Source: an uncultured bacterium (GTDB taxonomy: Bacteria > Verrucomicrobiota > Verrucomicrobiia > Limisphaerales > UBA8199). From it: 64,000 bases of DNA. Location: contig CAVVMW010000001.1 of the NCBI GenBank assembly GCA_963749495.1, forward strand, positions 789,685-853,684, written 5' to 3'. Shown in pieces: positions 32,381-44,527 of this stretch. Below the pieces are notes generated by a model. The model saw nothing but the letters and a program-made list of their open reading frames with translations, ran no database searches and had not been told where the DNA came from. Numbering within the stretch: the stretch's first letter is position 1; each line of letters starts with the position of its first letter. The position numbers and the translations under genes were made by a program.

Positions 32381-34545
32381 CTAGATTGTCCACCGATACC
32401 GCCGTCAGCGACACGTTCCCCGGCGTTAACAGCTCAACCGGGACTTGGGCGGGGCTGTTGGTGAACACGACTACCTGAATGCCATTGGCCAGCACCATCA
32501 CCTTGACGAGGCTTCCGACAGTGGGCGAGGCGGTGACCGCCAAGGGGACGATGCTCGTCATCGAGAATGTGGCCCCGTTGGTTGGGCTGGTGATGCTCAC
32601 GCTGGCGGGAGGATTCGAGACCGTGAGCTGGGCGACGCCATACTTGCCGGAGAGGTAGATCACCGCGTTGCTCTGGTCCGTGGCCGAGAGGGGGGAGTCG
32701 TACATCAGGATCTCGCTGATGTCGCCGGCCATTTGAGTGCCAGTATCGGCCCTTTGCCCGATGCGCAGGGTCTGCCCCTGGCTCACTGCCGCCGCGGTGA
32801 TGACGCCGCTGCCGTCATTGGCCAGACCGAGGTAATGCGAAAGGTTCGTACCGTTGAACCCCAGGCCAAAAGTGTCAAACCGGCCGGCAAGCGCAGGCGT
32901 GGTGGCAGCTACAGTGCTGTAGACGTTGCCGTCGCCAATATAACCATTGGCGACGCCAGTATTCGGAGCAAACCACCAGTCAAAGGGAGCGGCCAGGCCG
33001 CCGCCGGTGCTTTTGCACACCAGCGTCCGGTAGGTGGCGAAATCAGCGAATTCGGCCTCGACCAAGATGGTGAAATTGGTCGCCGTGAAAGCCGTGCCGG
33101 TGTCGGAGATTTCGAGGTACGGCGTGTTGGTCCCAAAGGCCAAGGCCGGCTGGCTGTTGGCGGCGTTCGCGGTCCAAAGAGGGGCGATCGTGGGATCAGA
33201 CTGCATGGCGTTGTTGCCGTTGCCGGACTGGTCCACCCAGTTGGTGACGAAGCCGGTGCTACTGGCCATCACGCCTGCATCGGCTTTCAGCCAAACCCGC
33301 AACCCATTGGTGCTCGGTTCGAGCACCGGCGCGGCGCCCGTCACGGTGATGGACACTGGCGCGGAGGTAGCCAAGGAATTGAAGTTATCGGCTGCCACGG
33401 CTGTCAGCACTGCCGTGCCAGGGTTCAGCATCAACAAATCGGCATTGTAAGGGGGCTGAGTCCAATTCGCCACCACCGAGCCCGCATCACTCAACAGCGT
33501 CACCTGCGTCAAGACGCCATTCGTGTTTGAATCCGAGGCCTGGACGCTCACCGAAACACGGCCGTTGACGGCCGCGGTCAAGCCGTTGGTTGGCGTTTGG
33601 ATGCTGATGGTGGGAGGCACGATGAAGTTGAGGTTCCACTTGGTTTTCAGGTAGTTGAGCACGGAGCCACGGTCCGCATCGGAAAGGGCCGGCTGATAAA
33701 TCAGGACCTCCGCCACGTTGCCTTTGAGTTGCGTGACCAGGTCATCGCGCGAACCAATGCGCAGCGGCTTGCCGCCGTCGGCAGGGTTCCCCGGAGTGTA
33801 GGTGCCCGTGCCGTTGCTGCGGTCGTTTAAATACTGATTCACCGCCCCGTTGCCCCAACTGAAAGTCATCACGTTAAAGACGCCGATTCGCGGCGCCAGA
33901 GTGCCGACATTATCCTGGTATGTGCTCGCAGTCGGGGCAGCGCCCAGCCAGAAGTTAGCGGCGCCTCCGGCCGAGCCGCTGTTGTTCCACCAGTCGAAAG
34001 GCGCCGGGCCATTGCCCACCGTCTTGGTCACACAGCAGCGATAGCCGCCGGTCACATCGTCATACAAAACCGCCGCCAAGATCGTCACGTCCTCGGTGAG
34101 GACGGAGATGGTGGAGGAGTCCGCCACGTCCAGGTACCTGGCCTTGTCGCCCGGAAACCGCAGCGTCGGCTTGCCGTTGAGCGAGTTCATTACGACACTA
34201 GGGGCAATTGTCGAATCCGTCTGGCTCGCGTCGTTGCTCAAGCCGGATTGGTCGGCCCACTTGGTGACCAGGCCGCTGCTGTTAGTGGTCACGCCGGCAT
34301 CGGCCTTGAGCCAGAGCTGCAGGCCACTGGTGACGGGCAGCGTTTGGGCGGGCGCGCTGGCTGCCGCCAGGCCCAGGATTGCGCCGACACCGCCGCTGAT
34401 GATGATTCTCAGGTACGTTGATTTCATACGCAGATTCCGTGATTGGGATTTGGGTGCTTGTCTGGTTCAACTGAGTAGATTAACATCCTTATTGGAAGCC
34501 CTGGAATAGACAGACTGGCGAGAAACATGCAAATTTTGGCCGCCC

Positions 34546-35550
34546 ATGAAGGACTACTTCGTCTATCTCCCTGACCAACCGCTGCCTTCCATCTGGGGCT
34601 GCGTGGCCACATCGGTCGGCTTTACCCGCATCCTGCCCGGCACACCGTATCCGCCCCACCGCCATCCGGTGGATCATCACTTCAACTGGGCGCAGGGACG
34701 CGTGCTCCAACGCTATCAGATTATCCTCATTTCGGAGGGCAAAGGCACCTTCGAGAGCGACTCGGTGGCGGGCAGCCAAACGGTCGAACCTGGAACCATA
34801 CTGCTGCTCTTTCCGGGGATCTGGCACCGTTACATGCCCGCCGCGGAGACCGGCTGGGTTGAGCACTGGATCGAGTGCCGGGGCGCGGTGTTCGACGAGG
34901 CCGCCGCCGCGGGCCTGATCCAACCGCGACAGAGCCTGCTGCGGATCGGCGCGGCCCACTATCTGAGAAGTTGTTTCGAGTGCTGCCACACCCTGGCGCG
35001 GCAAGGGGCGTTGGCCAACCAGGACCTGCTTTCCACCCTCGGCATACATATTTTGGCCGTGCTGGGCCAGTTGCGCGGCGGCGAACCAGGCCCGGAAAAG
35101 GCGATCGACGAAGTTGTCGAGCAAGCCCAATCGTTGATCGCCCTGCGCTGTCAGCAACCGCTGGACCTGCCTGCCCTGGCGGCCGAATTGGGCGTCAGCT
35201 ATTCCCACCTTCGCCACAGCTTCAGGACCCGCATTGGGGTGGGCCTCAAGCAATACTACCTCAACATCCGCCTCCAAAAGGCCCAGGACCTCCTGGCCAA
35301 CACCGCCAAATCCATCAAGGAAGTCGCCGATATCCTTGGCTTCGAGTCCCCGTTCCACCTCTCCAACCAATTCAAGTGCCGGTTCGGCGTGTCTCCCAGG
35401 GCCTGGCGTTGCGCCCTGGGCAACCAGCAGTTCCATCCTCCAGCCAATGGCCGCAGCCAGGCCGCCGCAGAGCTCTCCGCTCGATGTCCGGTCCTGGACC
35501 TGGCCGACTCGCTATCAAATGGCGGGCCTTCGGCCGTGGTCTCTCCGTAA
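34546..35550 (+). CDS. AraC-family regulator, divergent from the LamG-repeat gene
   Basis: Cupin N-terminus; SIKEVADILGFESPFHLSNQFKCRFGVSP. Confidence 0.93.
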   Translation: MKDYFVYLPDQPLPSIWGCVATSVGFTRILPGTPYPPHRHPVDHHFNWAQGRVLQRYQIILISEGKGTFESDSVAGSQTVEPGTILLLFPGIWHRYMPAAETGWVEHWIECRGAVFDEAAAAGLIQPRQSLLRIGAAHYLRSCFECCHTLARQGALANQDLLSTLGIHILAVLGQLRGGEPGPEKAIDEVVEQAQSLIALRCQQPLDLPALAAELGVSYSHLRHSFRTRIGVGLKQYYLNIRLQKAQDLLANTAKSIKEVADILGFESPFHLSNQFKCRFGVSPRAWRCALGNQQFHPPANGRSQAAAELSARCPVLDLADSLSNGGPSAVVSP

Positions 35551-35566
35551 TTCCCGCGCTGAAAGG

Positions 35567-37301
35567 CTACGCCATCCCGACGTCCCGGCGCAGTTTGTTG
35601 GCGGCCTCGGGGTTGGCCCATTGGACCAGGGCCAGGAAGTTGAGCAGGGTGGGGTTGTCGGGTCTTGCGTGGAACATGCTCTTGAGGCTGTTGACGACCT
35701 TGTGATAGACGGCGGCGTACTTCTCGTGAGTGAGCCGGCTGACGTAGGTCTCGATCACAGGCAGGGCAATGGCATCGGTCTTTCCATCGGCCAGGTAGGG
35801 GATCTGGCAGAAGACCCGGATGAGTGCGATGGAATCGGCCTCGATGAGGGCGAGCCAGCTCCGGCGGATTTCATCGGCATCGTACTTGGCATTGAGCCGT
35901 TGGCGGATGGCGGCGGCAATGGACGAGGCGTCCGCGCGTTTGGCGAGCATCTCCTTGATCTGGCCCAGGCGCGCTGGCGTTCGTTCTCGATGGGGTCGCC
36001 TTTTTGCTTGTCGGCCGCAAGGACCTTGAGGCCGAGTTGAGCGGCGACGGCCTTGCCGAGGGCCTCGGCGTCTTCCTTGCGCAGCCGGTCGCAGGCCATG
36101 ATGAACTTGATGACCAGGCCCTGAATGTCCGGCTTGAGCAGGCCCAACAACCCGGCCAGCTCTTCGGCCGGCGGGGCCTTTTGGGCCGTGAGCAGGTGCC
36201 GCACGAATTCGGCGACGGCCTGCTCCAGTTCGATATCCACCGTTTTGGCCGAGCGCAGCCGCAGGATGAATTTCAAGGTCCTGGCCGTGCCGCCGCCCTT
36301 GCCCACGTTGTTGACGATCATCAGCCGGTGGTCCGGGTTGACGACAAAGTCCAGCAGCGCCTCGACCGATTCGAGCTGCTTCTGGTCGAGGGGCTCCTGG
36401 GCCCGGCCAGGGCCAGTTGCTCGACCAGGCTGGGCAGCCGTTGCGCGAACAGGACATCCGGCGCTTCGGTGTCCGAGTGCTCGTAGAAGTGCAGCAACTC
36501 GATGAGGAAGGACATGCGCTGGAAGGCATGGCGCTGGGCGCGGGCGGCCTCGCCGCAGGCTTTGCTGCGCTGCACGCGCCGGTGCAAGGCCAGCAGGTCC
36601 TGCCGTTTGCCGGGCAGCGCCCCGGGATTCTGCTCCAGCAGCGCCTCGAAATCTTCCTTGAAGCCCAGGACAATCTCGTCCCGTTTCGGGCGCGGATTGA
36701 GCTTGGGGTCGGTGGTCAGGTCATTGAAGAAGACCAGGGCCTGTTCGCCGAACTCGCGCAGGATGCGCTCGCGTGGGACGTAGCCCTTGATGAAGCACCG
36801 ATTGGCCCGCACGACCTGCGGGGCGAAGAGAAGGTCGGGCTGCGCCAGGACCGACTGGAGCGTGGCGGCCTCCAGGGGCGAGTCCAGGCGGATCAACTCT
36901 TCCACGGCGGGTCTCAAGGCGGCGGCCAGGTCGCGCTTGTTTTGGTCCAGGGTCTTGAGCAACTCCGGTTGCGACATGGCGGCCTGGGCGGCGTTGTGGA
37001 CCAGGGCGCCCAGGAATTGGCTGGTGCTGGTGTTGTGCTCGACCAGCTTGGAGATAATCACGCCAACGTCGTTCAACGGCAGCTTGCTCACCAGGTTGGT
37101 CACGATGAGCACCAGCTCGGTGTGGGACTTTTGGCGAAAATCGATGATCCGTTCCAGCATCTGGCGCAGCGCCTTGTTCTCCTGCGCCACGGCGCCCAGG
37201 TCCGCCTGCAGTTGCGCGACTTGCAGCGTCAACTCGCGCAAACTGGCTGGCCCCTCGTCACACACGGCGGCGAGCCCCGGCCCTGTTGCTTTGTCGGTCA
37301 T
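35567..37301 (-). CDS. Hypothetical helical protein; frameshifts near 36390 and 35965
   Basis: Three overlapping ORFs with protein-like composition join end to end; N-terminal coiled coil. Confidence 0.65.
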
Positions 37302-37456
37302 GTCTCGGTCCGTTTTCCAAGGCGAGCGCCCCGCTCCGTCCCGGCTCGGCTCGGGTTGCGGAAGGTGGCGCGCCAGAGGAAAATCGCGAATCTCTTATGC
37401 AAAGAACTCTACCCGCGCGCCCTGCAACGTCAAGGCGGGAATGACCCCCGGAATCC

Positions 37457-37560
37457 AAGGGACAAAAGGGACATAAGCGATCCAAGGGACAAAAGCGACG
37501 CGAGGATGGGCAGCCGCACTCCGCACTCCGCATTCTGCATTCCGCACTCGGGACACTCCG
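37457..37560. repeat. Composite 9-mer/7-mer tandem array
   Basis: gggacaaaa units, core gacgcgaggatgggcagccgcact, then (ccgcact/ccgcatt)n. Confidence 0.75.
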
Positions 37561-37597
37561 CACTTCCTTTCCCCCCGCCCCGGTATAAGCTGGGGCC

Positions 37598-38242
37598 ATG
37601 ATCGTGCTCATGAACACCGGCGGTGTCGCGGAGACAAACTCCTTTCTCATCGCCGACAAGACAGCCGGGCAAGCGGTGCTTTTCGACGCGCCCGACCACA
37701 CGATCGAGCCCCTGCTGGCCCAGGCGGCCGAGCGGGGCTGGGAGATAAAGGGGTTGTGGCTCACACACGGTCATTTCGATCATTTCGCCGATCACGGCCT
37801 GGTGCGCCAGCGCCACCCTCAAGCGAAGGTCCTCATCCACGCGCTGGACGCCCCGAAAGTCGAGCACCCGGAAATGCAGACGCGGCTCTTTGGGCTGCCC
37901 TTTGCCATCCCGCCTTGCCGGCCCAACCTCCGCCTAACCGACGGCCAACGGCTGGAGATCGGTTCGCTCGAGGTGATCGTCCTCCATACCCCCGGCCACT
38001 CGCCGGGGCATGTGGTGTATCACTTCCCCAAGGAAGACCTGCTGGTAGGCGGCGACCTCATCATCGGCGGCTCGATCGGCAGGACTGACCTCGCGGATTC
38101 GGACCCCGCCCAGATGGCGGCCTCGCTCAGGAAGGTGATGGCGCTGCCCGACAAGACCCGGCTCCTGGGTGGTCATGGGCCGCCGACCACTCTGGGCCAG
38201 GAACGCCGCGACAACCACGTCCTGCGCCAGATGCTCCATTGA
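37598..38242 (+). CDS. MBL-fold hydrolase (glyoxalase II-like)
   Basis: THGHFDH, TPGHSPG, GDL, GHGP. Confidence 0.92.
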   Translation: MIVLMNTGGVAETNSFLIADKTAGQAVLFDAPDHTIEPLLAQAAERGWEIKGLWLTHGHFDHFADHGLVRQRHPQAKVLIHALDAPKVEHPEMQTRLFGLPFAIPPCRPNLRLTDGQRLEIGSLEVIVLHTPGHSPGHVVYHFPKEDLLVGGDLIIGGSIGRTDLADSDPAQMAASLRKVMALPDKTRLLGGHGPPTTLGQERRDNHVLRQMLH

Positions 38243-38275
38243 GCGCTCTCCATGAACCGCCCCCAAGGCCGCAAG

Positions 38276-38355
38276 GTTTTGGACTGCGCCAGTCCTCTGG
38301 CGCTTTCTCGTCGCCAGGGTCAAAAAAGCGGCAGAGGACTGCCGCAGTCCAAAAC
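38276..38355. repeat. REP-like inverted repeat, family C
   Basis: gttttggactgcgccagtcctctggcgct / agcggcagaggactgccgcagtccaaaac; also 42171-42250. Confidence 0.85.
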
Positions 38356-38394
38356 GCTTCGCGGCGGGCGGCGCCGGTCCGCCGCATGGCCCGC

Positions 38395-39509
38395 ATGAAC
38401 ATCCTGATCATCCCCGACAAATTCAAGGGCACGCTGGGCGCCGGGGCGGCGGCCGAAGCGATCGCCCGAGGCTGGCGAAGGGCGCGCCCCGCGGATAGCC
38501 TGACGCTGCTGCCGATGAGCGACGGCGGCGACGGCTTTGGCGAGGTCATGAGCCTGTTGCTGGGGGCCGAACCCCGGACGCTCCAGACGGTCAATGCCGC
38601 GCATCGGCCCTGCACAGCCCCATGGTGGTGGGAAGCCAGGAGCCGCACCGCCATCATCGAATCAGCCCGGATCATCGGCCTGGCGATGCTGCCGCCGGGC
38701 CGCTTTCATCCGTTCGACCTCGACACGGCGGGCCTGGGCGCCATCATTCCTGCCTTGGCCGCCGCAGGAGCCAGGCGTTGCCTGGTGGGCATCGGCGGCA
38801 GCGCCACCAACGACGGCGGCTTCGGCCTGGCCCGGGCCTTGGGCTGGAGATTCCTGGACAGCCGGGGCGAGCCGATCGAGCAATGGGCCGGCCTGGACAG
38901 GCTGGCTGGGGTGAAGGCGCCGCGCCGCCGCCGCTGGTTCAAGCAACTGCGGGTGGCGGTGGATGTCCAGAACCGCCTGCTGGGCTCGAGGAGCGACCCG
39001 GGTCTTTGGACCGCAGAAGGGCCTCCGCAAAGGGGAGCTTGCCCACGCCGAACGTTGTCTGCGCCGCCTGGCTCGAGTTCGCCTGTCGGGAGTTGGCGCG
39101 CGACTTTGCCGGGGAGCCTGGCGCCGGCGCCGCCGGCGGCCTCGGATTCGGTCTGCTGGCCTTCCTGGGGGCACAGCTCGAACCGGGCTTTCAGTTGTTT
39201 GCCCGCCAAGCGGCGCTTGGCCGCCAGTTGCGCCAGGCTAACCTCGTCATCACCGGCGAAGGCTGCATCAACTCCTCGACGCTCATGGGCAAAGGCACCG
39301 GCCAAATCGCCCGCCAATGCCGCAACCTCCACATCCCCTGCGCCGGTCTGGCCGGCGTTGTCCGCGACCCCGCTCAAGCCCGGCGCGCCTTCACACAAGC
39401 CCAAGCGTTGACCGAACTTGTCCCGCTCGAACAAGCCATGGCCAACCCGGCGGCGTGCCTCGAACGGCTGGCGCGACAGGTCGCCGAAAGGCTAAAGGCT
39501 GAAGGCTAA
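38395..39509 (+). CDS. glxK: Glycerate kinase; frameshift near 38990
   Basis: PDKFKG, MSDGGDG, GIGGSATNDGG, PGAGAAGGLG, VITGEG. Confidence 0.9.
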
Positions 39510-39580
39510 AGGCTAAAGTGTGCAATTTGAGCCAGACAAACGTTTTAGCTTTTTGTGAACCCCATAGTATGTTGCTGCGT

Positions 39581-40411
39581 ATGAACCTCGAAGATCACGT
39601 GGGCGACATCATTCGCAAAGCGCGGGCCATGTCGAGAGTCTCGGTCGAGGCGGCGGCCAGCGCGGCGGGCCTGAGCGCAGCGGAGCTGGGGGCGCTGGAG
39701 GAAACCGGCCAGGTCCAGCCTGCCCGAAGGCCGGATTTCAAGGCCTTGGCGGCAATGCTCGGGCTGAATGCGGCGAAGCTGGAATCCGTCGCCAATGGCT
39801 GGACGCCGTCCCCAACGGACCTGGCCCGGTGGCGCGAGTTGCGCTGCATCGCCACCGCCGCGGGCGGCATGGCGGTCAACTGTTACCTGGCCTGGGACGA
39901 AGTCTCGCGCGAGGCCGCCTTATTCGACACCGGTTGGGAAGCAGAGCCGGTTTTCGAGTTGATCGGCCAAAACCAACTCCAGCTTCGCCATATCTTTGTC
40001 ACTCATTCGCACGAGGACCACATCGCCGCGCTCGGCACCCTGCGCGAACGGTTCCCCAAGGCGCGGCTGCACTTCAATTCGCCGCACGTCCCGGTGGACC
40101 AGCGCAACCGCCCCAACGATTTCATCCACCTTGGCAGCCTCCGCATCACTCACCGCGATACCCCTGGCCACGCCGAAGACGGCGCCACCTATATCGTCGG
40201 CACCTGGCCCGATGACGCCCCGCACGTGGCCATTGTGGGCGACGCCCTCTTTGCCGGCTCGATCGGCAGGGGCAACCAGTCCTGGGAACTCGCCCGCCGC
40301 AAGGTCCTCGAGCAGATCCTCTCGCTGCCCCCGGAAACCCTCCTCTGCCCCGGGCACGGCCCCTTGACCACCGTGGCGCAGGAAAAGGCGAACAACCCCT
40401 TTTTCGCCTGA
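39581..40411 (+). CDS. XRE-HTH fused MBL-fold hydrolase
   Basis: GDIIRKAR...AAGLS HTH-like; THSHEDH, TPGH, GDALFAGS, PGHGP, NPFF. Confidence 0.9.
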   Translation: MNLEDHVGDIIRKARAMSRVSVEAAASAAGLSAAELGALEETGQVQPARRPDFKALAAMLGLNAAKLESVANGWTPSPTDLARWRELRCIATAAGGMAVNCYLAWDEVSREAALFDTGWEAEPVFELIGQNQLQLRHIFVTHSHEDHIAALGTLRERFPKARLHFNSPHVPVDQRNRPNDFIHLGSLRITHRDTPGHAEDGATYIVGTWPDDAPHVAIVGDALFAGSIGRGNQSWELARRKVLEQILSLPPETLLCPGHGPLTTVAQEKANNPFFA

Positions 40412-40447
40412 TGGGGCCGCTCCCCCAGCGCGGCGCCGAGGAAGATG

Positions 40448-40551
40448 CAAGGGACAAAAGCGACGAAGGCGACAAAAGCGACGAAAGGGACAAAAGGGAC
40501 GCGAGGACGGGCAGCCGCACTGCGCATTCGTCATTCGTCATTCGTCATTCG

Positions 40552-40556
<5 letters not shown>
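40448..40556. repeat. Composite 9-mer/7-mer tandem array
   Basis: g(g/c)gac(a/g)aaa units, same core as 37457-37560, then (cattcgt)x4. Confidence 0.8.
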
Positions 40557-42057
<1,501 letters not shown>

Positions 42058-42170
42058 AAGGCTCTGGTGGATTGTTGACATAGCCGCCGCCGGGCTGCAA
42101 GGGCGCATCTTAGCCTTGTCGCCCTTCGTCAAGCCGGACAATTGGAGCGGGGCGTCGCGAAGCCCGCCAG

Positions 42171-42250
42171 GTTTTGGACTGCGCCAGTCCTCTGGCGCTT
42201 TCGCGTCCGCAAGGTCCGAACAGCGGCAGAGGACTGCCGCAGTCCAAAAC
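42171..42250. repeat. REP-like inverted repeat, family C
   Basis: Same arms as 38276-38355. Confidence 0.85.
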
Positions 42251-42382
42251 GCTTCGCGACTTCGGACGCCCACCCCAACCGCCCGGTTCGCCCGGCTCGA
42301 CAAAGGTGAGAAGCGCCCGGGCTGCAAACCAAACATCGGAAAAGTCTTGTGTCTCATCGCCGCTGAGGTAGGTTGGCCGGCC

Positions 42383-43516
42383 ATGAAAGTTGAATTCTAC
42401 GGACACGTTCGTCAATATCACAACATCAAGGCGGAAATTGATCGGAACATCCAAGCGGTCCTGGAGAGCGGCCAATACGTGATGGGGCCGATGCTCAAGC
42501 AGTTCGAAGGGGAACTGGCGGCCTATCATGGCACGAAGCACGCCGTTGGGGTGGGCAACGGCACCGACGCCATCTGGCTGGCGTTGATGGCGCTGGGGAT
42601 CGGGCCGGGGATGAGGTCATCACGCATCCGAACACTTTTTTTGCGACAGCCGAGGCCGTCTGGATTGCCGGGGCGACGGCGGTGTTCGTGGACTGCGACC
42701 CGGTGACCCGGTGCATCGATCCGGCCCGGATCGAGGCCGCCATCACGCCCAGGACCAAGGCCATCCTCCCCGTTCACCTCTACGGCCAATGCGCCGACAT
42801 GAAGGCCATCCGCAAGATCGCCGACAAGCACAACCTGCGTGTGATCGAAGACAACGCCCAGGGGATCGGCGCGCACGGCGACGGCTTCAAGATTGCCCAA
42901 CTGAGCGACGCCGCCACCATCAGCTTCATCATTCAGAAGAACCTCGGCACCTTTGGCGACGGCGGCGCCCTGGTGACCAACAACGAGCAGATCGATGCGA
43001 CCGTGCGCAAGCTGCGCAACCACGGCTCCAACGCCCGAAACGTGCACAGCTACGGCTTCAACAGCCGCCTCGACAACCTCCACGCGGGCATCCTCAGTGC
43101 CAAGCTCAAGCACATCGATGCCTGGAACGACCTGCGCGGCAAGTGGGCCGCCCGTTACACGGCCGGGCTCCAGGGCGCGCGCAATCATCTCACGCTGCCT
43201 TCCGAGCGGCCTGGCTACCGCCACGTCTTCCACCTCTACATCATCGAGACCAAAGAGCCTGCCCAGAGGGACCCCCTGCTCAAGTTCCTCAACGACAGAC
43301 TCGATTGACGCCAAGACACACTACTCAATCCCCATCCACCAGCAGGCCGGCTACCCGTGGGGCAAGGGCGCCCGCATCGCCGGCTCCCTCGCCAACGCCG
43401 AGCGCAACGCCGCCACGTGCATCTCCTTGCCGATGTTCCCCGAACTGACCGAGGAGGAAGTCGATTACGTCGTCGCCAAGCTCCTCCAGTGGGCGCCCTT
43501 GCCCCGAGTCCGGTGA
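42383..43516 (+). CDS. DegT/DnrJ/EryC1 PLP aminotransferase; frameshifts near 42605 and 43300
   Basis: [42 protein letters not shown]. Confidence 0.9.
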
Positions 43517-43634
43517 TGAGACCGCTGCAAGTCAATAACGTGGTCGCGAAGGCCCTGGAGTGGGACAAGGCGCAGAAGTGAACAAACCCAGTGATGGTGC
43601 GCAGGGTGGCGGCAAATCGTTAAGGAAACAAAAA

Positions 43635-43663
43635 TTGACAAGTGTAAACCGAATCAATAAGCT
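43635..43663 (+). promoter_or_regulatory. sigma70 promoter of the dcd-like gene
   Basis: TTGACA-17-TAAGCT. Confidence 0.7.
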
Positions 43664-43681
43664 GCTGGCAAATGGACCGTT

Positions 43682-44338
43682 ATGTTAATGACCGATTCAG
43701 AAATCCAAAAGGCCATTGATAACCACCAGTTATTCATCACGCCATTTGATCCAAAAAAGCTCAAGGGGGCGAGTTACGACCTAAGCTTGGGCCGGGAGGC
43801 GCTCGTCAGCAATCGGGACGAAAAACTGCTGCTCGGCCCAGACCGAACGCACAGCCTTAGTTTACAGGCTGGCGATTTCGCTTTAGTGCTCACAAAAGAA
43901 TCGGTGAAATTCCCGATGGACATGTGCGCTGAGATTGGAATGCGCAGTTCGCTGGCTCGTATGGGGCTTATCCTTTTGCACGGAATGCAGGTTGACCCGG
44001 GCTTTGAGGGGTATCTGCGCTTTGGCCTTTACAATGCTTCGCCACGCAAGATCACGCTCGACTATGATGACGACATCTGCATGATCGAACTCCACAAATT
44101 AGCGCACAATGCGACAAAACCTGCCCCGCGAAATGAAGATTTGATTCAAGGCAAGATTCCGGAAGTAGATAGGCAGTTCTTGCGCAGCCTTGAAACCACC
44201 AGTTTGAGCGAATTGGCGAAAGACATGCGTACAATGTCCCAAAACGTTAGCCAGCTTGCATCAGTCCAGAACAAGTTCATCATTCCTGGAATTCTAGCGA
44301 TCCTTGTTGGCGTCGTCGTCGCCATCCTTAAGAGGTAA
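43682..44338 (+). CDS. Trimeric dUTPase/dCTP-deaminase-fold protein with C-terminal coiled coil and TM helix
   Basis: ASYDL, TKE, RSSLARMG, VDPGFEG; ends FIIPGILAILVGVVVAILKR. Confidence 0.85.
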   Translation: MLMTDSEIQKAIDNHQLFITPFDPKKLKGASYDLSLGREALVSNRDEKLLLGPDRTHSLSLQAGDFALVLTKESVKFPMDMCAEIGMRSSLARMGLILLHGMQVDPGFEGYLRFGLYNASPRKITLDYDDDICMIELHKLAHNATKPAPRNEDLIQGKIPEVDRQFLRSLETTSLSELAKDMRTMSQNVSQLASVQNKFIIPGILAILVGVVVAILKR

Positions 44339-44527
44339 TTTCAAATTGGGACCCTGCCCCTTGGCGATTCTGCCCCCGCATTCCCGATCAACACGGAAGC
44401 GCACCATGACCGAGTGCCGCCACCTCCGGCGCAAAAAGAAAGGGACCAAAGCGACCAAAGCGACCAAAGGGACCCACCGCACCCCATCACTTCGCTCGAC
44501 CCTCGACCCTCGACCCTCCCTCCTTTT

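Larger units (their letters stand above)
28339..34427 (-). pseudogene. Large secreted protein with four LamG-like + Ig-like modules, interrupted by an IS; further frameshift near 28655
   Basis: Signal peptide; four LxxWLxADxGV...WxDxSG modules; frame restored (VDNLGLQST) by removing the IS and one CTAG; ends ...ARFYRLRSQ. Confidence 0.85.

Noticed and set aside
43682..44338. Calling the gene dcd or an AvcD-type defence deaminase
   Set aside because: Catalytic Glu is missing, and the fold is trimeric dUTPase-like rather than the zinc-dependent deaminase plus kinase architecture
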